Of a DNA stretch of 37,189 nucleotides, positions 1-11,774 are shown piece by piece. Numbering within the stretch: position 1 is the first letter of the stretch; every line of letters begins with the position of its first letter. A model generated the notes under the pieces. It was not told the DNA's origin and made no database searches. It saw only the letters and a list, made by a program, of their open reading frames with translations. The stretch comes from Macrostomum lignano (taxonomy: Eukaryota). The DNA lies in contig NIVC01004715.1 of assembly GCA_002269645.1 (NCBI GenBank), positions 1-37,189 on the forward strand, written 5' to 3'. The position numbers were made by a program, and so were the translations under genes.

Positions 1-675
1 GAGGTCATGAGTCAGTGAATGAGGTCATGAGTTAGTGAAGGAAGATGTGACTCAATGAATGAGGTCATCAACCTGTGAATGAGGTTATGAGCCAGTGAAT
101 GAGGTCATGAGCCAGTGAATGAGGTCATCAGCCAGTGAATGAGGTCATCAGCCAGTGAATGAGGTTGTGAGTCAGTGAATGAGATCATGAGTCAGTGAAT
201 GAGGTTGTGAGTCAGTGAATGAGGTTGTGAGTCAGTGAATGAGGTTGTGAGTCAGTGAATGAGGTTATGAGCCAGTGAATGAGGTCATGAGCCAGTGAAT
301 GAGGTCATCAGCCAGTGAATGAGGTTGTGAGTCAGTGAATGAGATCATGAGTCAGTGAATGAGGTTGTGAGTCAATGAATGAGGTCATGAGTCAGTGAGT
401 GAGGTCATGAGCCAGCGAATGAGGTTGTAAGTCAGTGAACGAGGTCATGAATCAGTGAATGAGGTCATGAATCAGTGAATGAGGTCATGAATCAGTGAAT
501 GAGGTCATGAATCAGTGAATGAGGTCATGAATCAGTGAATGAGGTCATGAATCAGTGAATGAGGTCATGAATCAGTGAATGAGGTCATGAATCAGTGAAT
601 GAGGTCATGAATCAGTGAATGAGGTCATGAGTCAGTGAGTGAGGTCATGAGCCAGCGAATGAGGTCATAAATCAG
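1..675. repeat. 20-bp minisatellite (GAGGTCATGAGTCAGTGAAT), inside IDE intron 6
   Basis: About 33 tandem copies with point variants. The array ends about 25 bp before the exon-6 donor (GT at 702-701, minus strand). Confidence 0.97.
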
Positions 676-702
676 AAAAAAGTCATGGCTTTGGGCGCTC
701 AC

Positions 703-3700
703 CGATAAAAGTCAAGCAGCTCCTCGTGGCGCAGTGGGCCAGCCTCGACCGCCGACTGCTCGGAGGTGCCACCGGGCGGGAGCAGCAGCGCGGCCAGCCG
801 GTCCGGCCGGTCGAAGCAGGCGGCGCCGCTGGCGATCTCCGCCCAGTCAGCGGCGCTCCGGCCGGACAGCCGCTTCGGCCCGCTCCAGCAGGCGGCCCGC
901 AGCGCCTCCGCGTGGTCTCGCAGCTCCGCCGGCGTCATGGCGGCCAGCAGCGGCCCCGCGGCCTCCACGAATTCGTCGATGCGACTCTCCAGCTCGGCCG
1001 GGTGGCGCTCCGACTGCACGCAGAAGCTCAAGCCGCAGGCGGCGACGCCGGCCGCTCGGCCAGCTGCACCAGGTAGCCGAGCTGCTGCTGAGTGCGCAGC
1101 GAGTTGAAGAATCGCTCCTTCAGCGACTGCACCAGCAGCTTCGTCAGCGCCTGCCTGCGCAGCTGGCCCTCCGGGTGGTCGCCGGCTCCACCTGAAAGTA
1201 CACCACGCAGGCTGACGACCTGCAGGCGGCGTGACTATTTAAATGTGTCCACAAGTGTCTATTTAAATGTGTCCAGAAATGTCTATTTAAATGTGTCCAC
1301 AGTGTGTCTATTTAAATGTGTCCACAAGTGTCTATTTAAATGTGTCCACAAGTGTCTATTTAAATGTGTCCACAAGTGTCTATTTAAATGTGTCCACAAT
1401 GTCTATTTAAATGTGTCCACAAGTGTCTATTTAAATGTGTCCACAAGTGTCTATTTAAATTTGTCCACAGTGTGTCTATTTAAATTTGTCCACAGTGTGT
1501 CTATTTAAATGTGTCCACAAGTGTCTATTTAAATGTGTCCGCAGTGTGTCTATTTAAATGTGTCCACAAATGTCTATATAAATGTGTCCACAAGTGTCTA
1601 TTTAAATGTGTCCACAAGTGTCTATTTGAATGTGTCCACAAATGTCTATATAAATGTGTCCACAAGTGTCTATTTAAATGTGTCCACAAGTGTCTATTTA
1701 AATGTGTCCACAAGTTTCTATTTAAATGTGTCCACAAGTGTCTATTTGAATGTGTCCACAAATGTCTATATAAATGTGTCCACAAGTGTCTATTTAAATG
1801 TGTCCACAAGTTTCTATTTAAATGTGTCCACAAGTGTCTATTTGAATGTGTCCACAAGTTTCTATTTAAATGTGTCCACAAGTTTCTATTTAAATGTGTC
1901 CACAAGTGTCTATTTGAATGTGTCCACAAGTTTCTATTTAAATGTGTCCACAAGTTTCTATTTAAATGTGTCCACAAGTTTCTATTTAAATGTGTCCACA
2001 AGTGTCCATTTAAATGTGTCCACAAGTGTCTATTTAAATGTGTCCACAAGTGTCCATTTAAATGTGTCCACAAGTGTCTATTTAAATGTGTCCACAAGTG
2101 TCTATTTAAATGTGTCCATTAGTGTCTATTTAAATGTGTCCACAAGTGTCTATTTAAATGTGTCCACTAGTCTCTATTTAAATGTGTCCACAAGTGTCCA
2201 TTTAAATGTGTCCACAAGTGTCCATTTAAATGTGTCCACAAGTGTCTATTTAAATGTGTCCACAAGTGTCTATTTAAATGTGTCCACAAGTGTCTATTTG
2301 AATGTGTCCACAAATGTCTATATAAATGTGTCCACAAGTGTCTATTTAAATGTGTCCACAAGTTTCTATTTAAATGTGTCCACAAGTTTCTATTTAAATG
2401 TGTCCACAAGTTTCTATTTAAATGTGTCCACAAGTGTCTATTTAAATGTGTCCACAAGTGTCTATTTAAATGTGTCCACAAGTTTATATTTAAATGTGTC
2501 CACAAGTGTCTATTTAAATGTGTCCACAAGTGTCTATTTGAATGTGTCCACAAGTGTCTATTTAAATGTGTCCACAAGTGTCTATTTAAATGTGTCCACA
2601 AGTTTATATTTAAATGTGTCCACAAGTGTCTATTTAAATGTGTCCACAAGTGTCTATTTAAATGTTCCACAAGTGTCTATTTAAATGTGTCCACAAGTGT
2701 CTATTTAAATGTGTCCACAAGTGTCTATTTAAATGTGTCCACAAGTGTCTATTTAAATGTGTCCACAAGTGTCTATTTGAATGTGTCCACAAGTGTCTAT
2801 TTAAATGTGTCCACAAGTGTCTATTTAAATGTGTCCACAAGTTTCTATTTAAATGTGTCCACAAGTGTCTATTTAAATGTGTCCACAAGTGTCTATTTAA
2901 ATGTGTCCACAAGTGTCTATTTAAATGTGTCCACAAGTGTCTATTTAAATGTGTCCACAAGTGTCTATTTAAATGTGTCCACAAGTGTCTATTTGAATGT
3001 GTCCACCACTACAAGTTTGCAATAATAATGTCCAAAAGTCCCCAGCGCACTTGTGATGTTCAGCGGCCAGGCAGCGCAGCAGGTGGTGGCGGCGTGCGTC
3101 TCCGGCCTCGGGCAGCAGGACGTCCCGCTGTCGGTGCGGCTGCCGCTCTGGCGGCTGAGGCCGGCCCTGGCTGCCATCGGCGGCTGCTGCGTGGCGCCGC
3201 AGAGTCTGGGCGATGCCACCGCCGGCGGCGACCACCTGCTCGACCTCGGCGTTGCCGCAGGCGAAAGCCAGGAGGAAGCGCGGCCGGCCACCGGCGGCTG
3301 CAGGGAGCAACTGGCAGCGGGCGAACTCGGCAGCGGCTGCCGGGGTGGCGCCTGCGGGGCAGAGAGCCAGAGACGCAGCCAGTGAGGAGGCCAGCAGGAA
3401 GCCCTTTAGCGCGAGAGTCAGACGCTTGAGCTGCTCTGCCCCAGCTAAACCGATTTCTCACCTTCAATGGCGTCCAGGCGCTGCTGGTGCGTCCAGACAA
3501 GGCTGCAGCAGAGGACGGACTGGTGGAACAGGCACTGCTGCAGCGGCTGCTCCAGGGCGAAGTTCTTCAGGCTTTTTCGGTACTGCGGGACCGGACAGTC
3601 ATTGGCTGAGTGAAATTTACTGGCTCGGTTCTCTCAGACACAGCGGCTCACACTCGGACACCCAGCAGAAACTCACGCACTCGGACACCCAGCAGAAACC

Positions 3701-6566
3701 CACACACTCGGACACCCAGCAGAAACTCACACACTCGGACACCCAGCAGAAACCCACACACTTGGACACTCAACAGCAGCTCACACACTCGGACACCCAG
3801 CAGCAGCTCACACATTCGGACACCCAGCAGCAGCTCACCCGCTCAATCACGCTGTCGAATCTCAGCTGCTCGACCTCTGGCCGGCTCAGGCGGTCCAGCA
3901 CGGCCTCCAGCAGGGCCGGCAGACGGTGGCCGAAGCCCTGAATGCTCAGCGAGATCCCCTCGGCGCAGGCGGCCAGGGAGGCGGACAGGCCGGCCAGCTG
4001 GGCGTCGTACAGCACCGGGTTGAGGGCGTCCGACATCAGCTGGCAGTGCAGCTGGGAGTTGGCCGCAGAAAATGCGTCGGACCAGGCGTCCGGCGTTGCC
4101 ATGACAACGGTGAGACAGAGCTTCGGCAGGCAGTACTGCGCGTCGGCCCGGTGCCAGAGCCGCAGGCCAGCCTCCTCCAGCACCACCCGGGGCGGCGGCG
4201 AGCCGGGCGGGGCGGCGATCAGGGCGAACTGGCTGGGGATGAACGGGTTGGGGTCCGGGAGGCGCAAGTCGGACAGGAGGCTGTCCGCCCCATCAGCAGG
4301 GGCGTCACCGTTGTAGAGAGCGAGGCAAGCGGCCAGAAGGTCGGGCGGCAGCGGCTGCAGGCGATGCCGGACTCCGTAAATCGGCTCGACGCAACCGTCG
4401 GGCGGGCAGTGCGGCTCGAAGGCCTTGGAGACGGCGAATACCTTGCAGCGGTGCGGGTGCAGCTGGTCCAGCACCTGCGGTAGCGAACGGATAAAGACCA
4501 GGGGCTGAGGATAAAGACTATTTAGAGAAGAAAAAAGCAGACTTAGAAGCAGGAAGGATTGTGGATAAAAGACCGCGTGAGAATTGCACTTGCCATACTA
4601 GCTCATGAATGCCAGCTCATAAATGCCAGCTCATAAATACCAGCTCATGAATGCCAGCTCATGAATGCCAGCTCATGAATGCCAGCTCATGAATGCCAGC
4701 TCATAAATACCAGCTCATGAAAACCATATAATGAATGCCAGCTCATGAATACCTGCTCATGAATGCCCGCTTATGAATGACTGCTTATGAATGCCAGCTG
4801 ATCAATGCCAGCTCATGAATGCCAGCTGATCAATGCCAGCTCATGAATGTCAGCTGATCAATGCCAGCTCAGGAATGCCAGCTCATGAATGCCAGCTCAG
4901 GAATGCCAGCTCATGAATGCCAGCTCAGGAATGCCAGCTCATGAATGCCAGCTCATGAATGCCAGCTCATGAATGCCAGCTCATGAATGCCAGCTCATGA
5001 ATGCCAGCTCATGAATGCCAGCTCAGGAATGCCAGCTCATGAATGACATCAAAGACGAACCTCAGCAATGAGCTCCGGGGCGAACTCGGTGACAAGGCAG
5101 TCGGCGGTGAGCAGCTGGGGCATCGGGTAAGTCAGCAGCCGCCTGGCCAGTCGCTGGGTGGCCTCGGCCGACGGCTCGCGGTCCCGGTAGCGAAAGGCCA
5201 GCGCCGCCAAGTCGCTGAGCTCGCGGTGCACCCAGGCCTGCGGCCCCGCCCGGCGCAGCTGCCCGACGCATTGGAAAACGGCGCGCAGGACGGCTGCCCG
5301 GTTGGCCAGGCCGGCCTCCGTGAGGTCCGCCGACACGCGGAAAAAGTCGAAGCCGGCGGCGCCGCCTCCGCAGCCGGCGGAGAGGCCGTTTGCCCAGCCG
5401 CGACGCTTCAGGCACGCCAGCAGGCTGCCCGCGGACTCGTGGCCAAGCAGGTGGCTCGCGTAGTGGGCCGGCTGGGAGCTGCAGAAGAACGAGGGGGAAT
5501 TATCAGTGATTGTCAGGAAGGGATTATCTGGGGTCAGGGATAATCGGAGGGATTATCAGGGAGGGATTATCAGAGAGGGATTATCTGTGATCAAGGATTA
5601 TCAGGAAGCAGCTCATCTGATCGAGGAAGCAGCTCATCGGGCCCACCTGAACTGCTCCGTGTAGTCCTTCATCGGAAAGACGACTTCGAGTTTCTGAATG
5701 TCCCGCAGCGGCACCATCTGTACCTCGACGCCGCAGTCAGTGCCGTCGTAGGGATGCGACTCCCAACTGGGCATCGGCAGCTGCTTGTTGGCGACGCCGG
5801 AGAAGGCGGCCACAATGAGCTGCTGAAGCTGGTCGAGCGACTCGCGGCCCAGAACCGCCACCGCGGTGAGGTTAGCCGAGTAATTCTCCGAGTGAAATTG
5901 CAGCAGTCGCTGGCGCAGCTCAGCAGCCTTGGAGGCGTCGGGCAGCAGGGTCTCCAGACAGCCAGTCGAGTATTTGCTGTAGTCGTGCTGCGGATTGGCC
6001 AGGTGGTGGTCCAGCCGCAGCAGCCGCCTGGCATCGATGGGGATGTTCTTGGCGTGCTCGGAGTGCACGGCGTTCACCTCGCGGACGGTGGCGGACTCGG
6101 TGAACAGCGGCTCGGTGAAGAACTGGCCGAGACGGTCCAGGGCCTCCGGCAGGTGCTCCGGCGCGATGTCGAAGTAATAGCGCGTGAACTCCGCCGAGGT
6201 GACGGCGTTGCGCACTCCGCCGTGCTCGTTGATGAAGCGCAGGAAACTGTTCTCATCCGGGTATCTGGCGGTGCCCAGGAACAGCATGTGCTCGCAGAAG
6301 TGCGCCAGGCCCTGCAAGCTGCGGGGGTCGCGCAACGCGCCGGTTCGAACGCAGGCAGTGGCCGCCGACTTGTCTGCGTCGGGGTCGCTGATCGCCACCG
6401 CGCGCAGGCCATTGGCGAGCAGCAGGCAGCGATAGCTGCGTCTGTCCTCCGTGGACTTTTCAATTTCATTCAGCACCAGCTGCGGGTTGCCTGTGGAGCT
6501 GCTGGATAAGTATCTGGATGCTGCAGCTGCACTGCCAGTGGCCGCTGCTGCCACTGTTCCTATCAT
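703..6566 (-). CDS. IDE: Insulin-degrading enzyme (insulysin)-like M16A metallopeptidase; 3' end lies outside the window
   Basis: Manual exons on the minus strand: 6566-5647, 5478-5061, 4474-3839, 3582-3462, 3351-3051, 1219-703. All introns are GT-AG and phases are consistent (2,0,0,1,2,2). The protein has the inverted zinc motif GLAHFCEHMLFLGT plus IDE-type blocks EVNAVHSEH, PAHYASHLLGHE, YRKSLKNFALEQP, FFNSLRTQQQLGY and FCVQSERHPAELESRIDEF. Exon 6 needs two +1 corrections (about 1183 and about 1051). Confidence 0.92.
1231..3006. repeat. 24-bp minisatellite (GTGTCTATTTAAATGTGTCCACAA) filling IDE intron 5
   Basis: About 70+ tandem copies. It explains the CVHKCLFK / NVSTSVYL / WTHLNRHL pseudo-ORFs. 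Each unit carries the palindrome ATTTAAAT. Confidence 0.98.
3645..3838. repeat. 27-bp minisatellite in IDE intron 3
   Basis: About 7 copies of CACTCGGACACCCAGCAG(A/C)A(A/G)C(T/C)CACA. On the gene strand the array begins at the 5' splice site (CGG|GTGAGCTG). Confidence 0.9.
4603..5045. repeat. 14-bp minisatellite (ATGAATGCCAGCTC) in IDE intron 2
   Basis: About 30 tandem copies, ending about 15 bp from the exon-2 donor. Confidence 0.95.
5500..5640. repeat. Short degenerate GGATTATCAG-type repeat in IDE intron 1
   Basis: Several GG(G)ATTATC motifs plus a doubled GGAAGCAGCTCATC. Confidence 0.6.
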
Positions 6567-6679
6567 AGTAGTTAGTCTCTGAAGCTGAATTGGGTGGTAA
6601 TTTAATGCATTTAGTTTTCTGGGACATATTGATTACTTAAGACAAAAAGGTTGCTTAAAGTTAATGTAACAATTGCTCG

Positions 6680-9600
6680 CAGTGTTGCCACACCTGCGCT
6701 TTTTTAGCGCATCTGCGCTTTTTACAGTACCTGCGCTATTGCGCTTTTTCTGTTTCTTCTGCGCTAAATTTTTTTCTTGCTTTGTGTGACTGTAACTGAC
6801 GATTTTCTCATCAAAATTATGTACTTGCAAAGTTTTGTTAAGAGAATATATGACAATGGACGAATCGACAGCTTACTTTGCTCACTGGTTAACGAAACAA
6901 TGTGTTTTGCAACTTTCTGTTATTTTTCAGTCTCATTTTAAATAATTTTCTTTTTTCGTTACCTTTATTAGTAGTAGTTGAAGTGGTTTTGGATAGGTCA
7001 TAGGTGGGGCTCAATTGCTTTATTAAAGTAAAACCTAAATAATTTCAGCTGTAAAGCCTACTAAATGCGTGAAACCCAGTGGAATGCTGAGTGGTTAAAG
7101 AAGCTCGACAAGAATGGTCGAGTGATTGAAAGCTGGTGCTCTCTGGGGAAGCTCACTGGAGAAGCAGATTGTAACCTGTGCCGGACAAGCTTTTCATTCA
7201 CACAAAAAGGGCATTTCGGCTCTGTACCAGCACTCAATCACAGCAAAGCATGTTTCGCTCTCTAAATCGTGTCCAGGAAGTGTCACTGGGAGCCAGGCAC
7301 AGGCAGCTATCACATCATTTTTTGCAAGCCAGCCGCCAGTCACGTCAACTACTATAGCAACAGCAGCTCCACGGGCTGGTGATTTGACACTGGCTGCTTG
7401 TCTTCGGTTGCTTTTTGTGGTTGTCAAGAAGAATCTGTCAATCAGCGTAATGGACGAATTGGTGCCTGCGATGCCCGCAAGTTTTCCCGACAGCGGCATA
7501 GCGAAGTCAATGACATGTGGGCGAACAAAGGCAACCTACCTTATCAATGAGGCGCTTGCTCCATATGCCAAGGAGTCTATGCTGCAGACTCTGCGGCAGA
7601 ATCCCTTCTCTATACTGCTGGATGAAGGCACAGTGCGCGATCGATCTTGGCTTGTTGTTCTTTTTTTCAAGGGTTTTTTCAATCGAGCATAAGAAGGTGT
7701 TGCTCACTTTCGTTGGCCTGGAGGAGCTGAGAGATGCATCAGCTGAAGGACTAAAGACGCTGCTTTTGTCACTGCTTAAAACTGCAAAACTGCCGTTGCC
7801 AAACGTACTGTCAATAATGACAGATTCCTGCAATGCCATGCGAGGTAGACTAGTATACGAGCGTAAATAGTTAAATGCTTTACCACTACTGACGTAATGC
7901 GCACAGCAGTACAGTAACTGTATCACACTTTTCTTTCAGGTGCTCAAAATGGACTTCTTGCGAAGTTGAAGAGTCATCATCTGCCGCATCTCATTGATAC
8001 TGGCGGGTGTAGCCTACACCACGTCCACAACGCTGTCCAATATGCTGTGCATGCACTTGACAGCGAAGGTGAAGCGGAAGGTCTGATGGACGATGTGTAC
8101 AATTTTTTTCGCTTTTCTGGAAAGCGAGCTGAGTTAAAGGAGGTACGTTAAAAGTTTCCTTTTTAGAGGGCTAGACTAGAGGGCTGGCTGTGGGCCTGTT
8201 GCTGTCAGACGATATCCGGAATGATAAGCGATAATGTACTTTAATATTTTTATCATTTTAGCTGCAAGACGCTATGGACATTGCCCAGCACGTTTTTCTC
8301 CGACGCGTCGAGACTCACTGGCTGCAGGTGCTGCCTGTTGTACGACGTCTGTTGGAGCAGTGGCCTGTGCTACTGCAATTATTCTCCAACTTGAACACTG
8401 AGGCAATCAAGCTCAAGTCCCGGGCGCGTGCCCAGAGGATTAAGTCGGCATTGAACGACTCGGTCAAGGCCCAGCTCCAATTTCTGGAGCAAGTTCTTAC
8501 GCACTGCGAAGCTTTCGAGACAGTCTTTCAGCGCGAAGCAACGCAAGTTCATCAGCTGGCGAGCACTCTGGACAGTCTCTGCAGCAAAATTCTTATGAGC
8601 TTTGTCTCCGAAGACGTTGTTCGCGATACCAGGTCCCTAACTGACCTGGTAAACAAGGCCAAAGAGCGTGGCTCCCAGGTGCAGAATACGAAGTTAGCAA
8701 TCGGAAGCGCTACTCGAGAGACGGTCAAAAAGTTGTCCGCAATAGAACAAATCGGATTCTACAAGAGTGTCCGAGACTTTTATGGAGAGATCATCAATCG
8801 GCTGTTTTCCTACTTGCCACTCAATAACCGCGTTCGGCATGCGATGTCTTTTCTCGACCCCAAAGTAATCACGGGGGTTGAGTTCGATTTCGATAAAACA
8901 GTCTTGCGCGCCACTAAAGCAATGCCTACTGTCATTCCACCGGAACAGCTGGACAATTTGCGAATTGAGACAACGAGCCTTCGGGTCAGCTCATCTGAAG
9001 CTGATTTCGATGACGGTTTGATTCCTGAGCATTTCTGGTCTCAGTTGTCTTCTGAGAAATATCCGCTGTTGACTAAGCTTGCCCAGAGTGCTTGCTGTAT
9101 TCCACATGGCAATGCCGACAGCGAGCGTGTGCTGAAGTGGGTGTCAAGCAACCTGACTAAAGAGTGCAACAAGCTCAGCGATGTCACCCTAGATTCGCTG
9201 CTGACTGTCAAGACGTGGCTCAAGCTCTCAGTTGGTGTCAGTTGGGTGTTGGAAGTTATGATCACTCCCACACTACTTGAAGCCGGATTTGCGGCTTGTG
9301 TGAAGGCAGATGACTGGGAAGAACAAGGAGAAAATGGCCAAGTTTCAGGCTGAGCTAGATAAGCACCGGCGTGATGTGGCGGAGTGGGAGAAGGCGGCAG
9401 AAAGGGATCGGCTGGAGCAAGAAGATATGGTGCGGCAGCAGCAAAACATCGATGAGATGCGGAAGCAGGCACGGGAGATGCTTGCGCAAGCAGACCAGCA
9501 AGAGGGCATTTTGAGGAAGAGCACCAGTCGTAGTTCTAGTAATGCTGTTAATCAGAAGAAGCAGCGTAGGAACTAGAAAGTAAATTAGCAAAGTGCTTTG

Positions 9601-9991
9601 ACTTTTGTGACTGACTATTAATTATTCTTTAAATTGATAAATGATTCAATGGGGCAATTTTTTTCATCTTTTTGTGCCTTGTAAAGTTTTGAGGATGTGT
9701 CATGTGTCGATTGATGAATGATGCAAGTCAATATTCATTGAAACTACTTTAAATATAACCGATCGTATATATCTTTCATCTTTTTGCACTTTGTGAATTG
9801 TGAGGTACTCGTAGTTTTAAACAATTTTTAAGCAAAAAAATAAACAAAACTAGTAAATTGGAAAATATAGTGCACTACTTCTGACATTATTTGTTGGCTT
9901 AATTTTTTCAGTGTATTTTAATGAAGTATATGTGCTGCGCTATTTTTTTAAGCCTGCACTAAATTTTTTATGAAAGTCTATGGCAACACTG
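6680..9991 (+). mobile_element. Full-length hAT-type DNA transposon (3312 bp), 11-bp TIRs, apparent 9-bp TSD
   Basis: TIR CAGTGTTGCCA at 6680-6690 and TGGCAACACTG at 9981-9991. Flanks are AATTGCTCG (6671-6679) and AATTGCTGG (9992-10000). Subterminal (C)TGCGCT motifs are repeated at both ends. An hAT transposase is encoded inside. Confidence 0.9.
7065..9576 (+). pseudogene. Spliced hAT transposase with three +1 frameshifts
   Basis: Exons 7065-7844, 7940-8142 and 8262-9576 with GT-AG introns in consistent phase. N-terminal CxxC...H...H zinc finger (ADCNLC...QHSITAKH), CGRTKAT, FSILLDEGT (D1), SIMTDSCNAMRG (D2), GCSLHH (CxxH), RVETHWL (TRW-like) and IPHGNADSERV (E, hAT dimerisation region). Frameshifts fall at an A-run (7204-7208), a T-run (7661-7667) and a G-run (9316-9318). 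Confidence 0.88.
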
Positions 9992-11774
9992 AATTGCTGG
10001 GCACTTAAACCAAAAACTGCATTGTCGGCTGATTTTCCATGCAAGAATGGCATTCTTGCACTCTTTTACGTGCAGGAATGGATGTCTATGGTAAAATCTC
10101 ACTGAAAAAGCATTAGGCGCAGAAATGCATTCCTGCACAGTTTTGTGCATTCCTGCACGATGAATCATCCGACAATGGAATTCCTTCACGCACTCGTGAC
10201 CGTGCAGGAATATATCATTCTTTTATCAGGGTGGACACTAAGATGATAATAATTAAATCCACATGTCATAAAGACTGAAAGTTGAAACAAAAATCTAGCA
10301 AAAAAAGCATTAACATAAAAATGTTTAAAAACTTTATAAACTTTTTAAAATCAACAAGCCCTTGGTTTATAATTTGTATCAAATAAATAAGATAGCTTAT
10401 ATGCCTTGTATATCTTGCGAGCAATCCTGACTATAACAATAATACTTTAATTTTAGTAATGAGACTAATAAAGTCAAGAATGCTGAAATTAAGCATAGTG
10501 AAGCTATACTACTATATATATGTCATTAAAAATACTAAACATCTAGCTGCAAGTGTTTTACTAGGTATCAACCATGTCTAGGCTTGGCTTGGAGTCAAAG
10601 CATTCTGACTCAGCATCTCCAATAGCTAGGTACAGTGGTGGGTGAAGAAAAATTCTTTGCTCTCGGTCCTCTTAGTCTTAGTCTTAGATATATATATTGG
10701 TTCCAGAAGACTGAAGAGTTATTGATATTTATTTACAATCGCTTCAAGTGGGAAACTCAAATCAGAATATTAGGATCCGAAGCAACAATTAGGCTCAGCA
10801 TTCATACGTAAAAACGATAAAGGAGTATCTGATTATTATTATTATACTGGTCGACAATCCAATGCACTTTAAAACGTTAAATCTAAAGCTACCCTGAAGG
10901 TTTCTTACAATTTTGTGAGTTTAAAACATCGCGCTACTGTAAAGTTTAGAAAAACAAAATCTACAAGTGCTTTGAGCACAAAATGATAAAAAAACAAAAA
11001 AATTTGCACAAAATTCTTCAAAATTTACTAAAACATAACCAAAAGCTGCTTTCAATGTCGTTCGTTGTTCTGATTTAATTATATTTTCATCGACTGAAAT
11101 AATGAAAAATTTATCGCGTTCTGTCGATTCAGTGATTGTGTACGTAGTTCATTCATGATGGTGTTGGGATTTACATTTTATTTTTTAACTATAGTAAGTA
11201 CTGTAGGGTTTCTGCTGGTACTGCTATTTCAGTTGCACCGTTGGAGACTGATGTCTGAAACTTTACATACTAATCAAATCAATCAGTAGCCTAGGCCTAA
11301 CCTAAAGCTAAATTATGAATTATGAACTATCTGTCTAGATAAGATATTCCAGACCTTATCTTTAGTAGTTCTTAAACCTAAAGTCTATCAGTATAGCCAT
11401 ATGGAGCCAGGAGGGAGGAGGCACTACTAAACTAACTAGGCCTACCGCCTAGGGCCTAGGCCTAGTTAGTTATGTTTTCAGTTTTAGTTATTGTAATAAC
11501 AGTTTTCATATCCTATTTTAGCAAAAGTGACTAGCAATCTAGTGACTAGTGCCCCCCTTGGGGCGCGCAAGCAAGGAGCAAAAATTGTTCATTGAAAACA
11601 ATTAAAAAAGCACATTTTCTTAAAAACCAATTCCTTCATTTTTCTAAATCACATTATCTGAATACAATTGTGACAGACAAAGATGTTTACTATGAATGTC
11701 TTTTTTCTAAAAAAACAGAAAGACAATGAAATAAAGTTTTCAAAAAGATAACAGACATTTGCCCTAAATCAAAA

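Noticed and set aside
1040-1190. Programmed ribosomal frameshifting in IDE or the hAT transposase
   Set aside because: There is no slippery heptamer or stimulatory structure. All five frame breaks in the window lie in homopolymer runs, which favours indel error or decay.
1092-3025. Long Cys/His-rich ORFs (CVHKCLFK, NVSTSVYL, WTHLNRHL) resembling metal-binding repeat proteins
   Set aside because: They are frame translations of a 24-bp minisatellite inside a GT-AG intron of IDE, open in several frames on both strands.
726-6509. Plus-strand GC-rich ORFs overlapping IDE exons (e.g. 5754-6509, 3926-4483), and minus-strand ORFs over the SH2D5-like exons
   Set aside because: They are antisense or shifted-frame shadows of high-GC3 coding exons with no recognisable domains.
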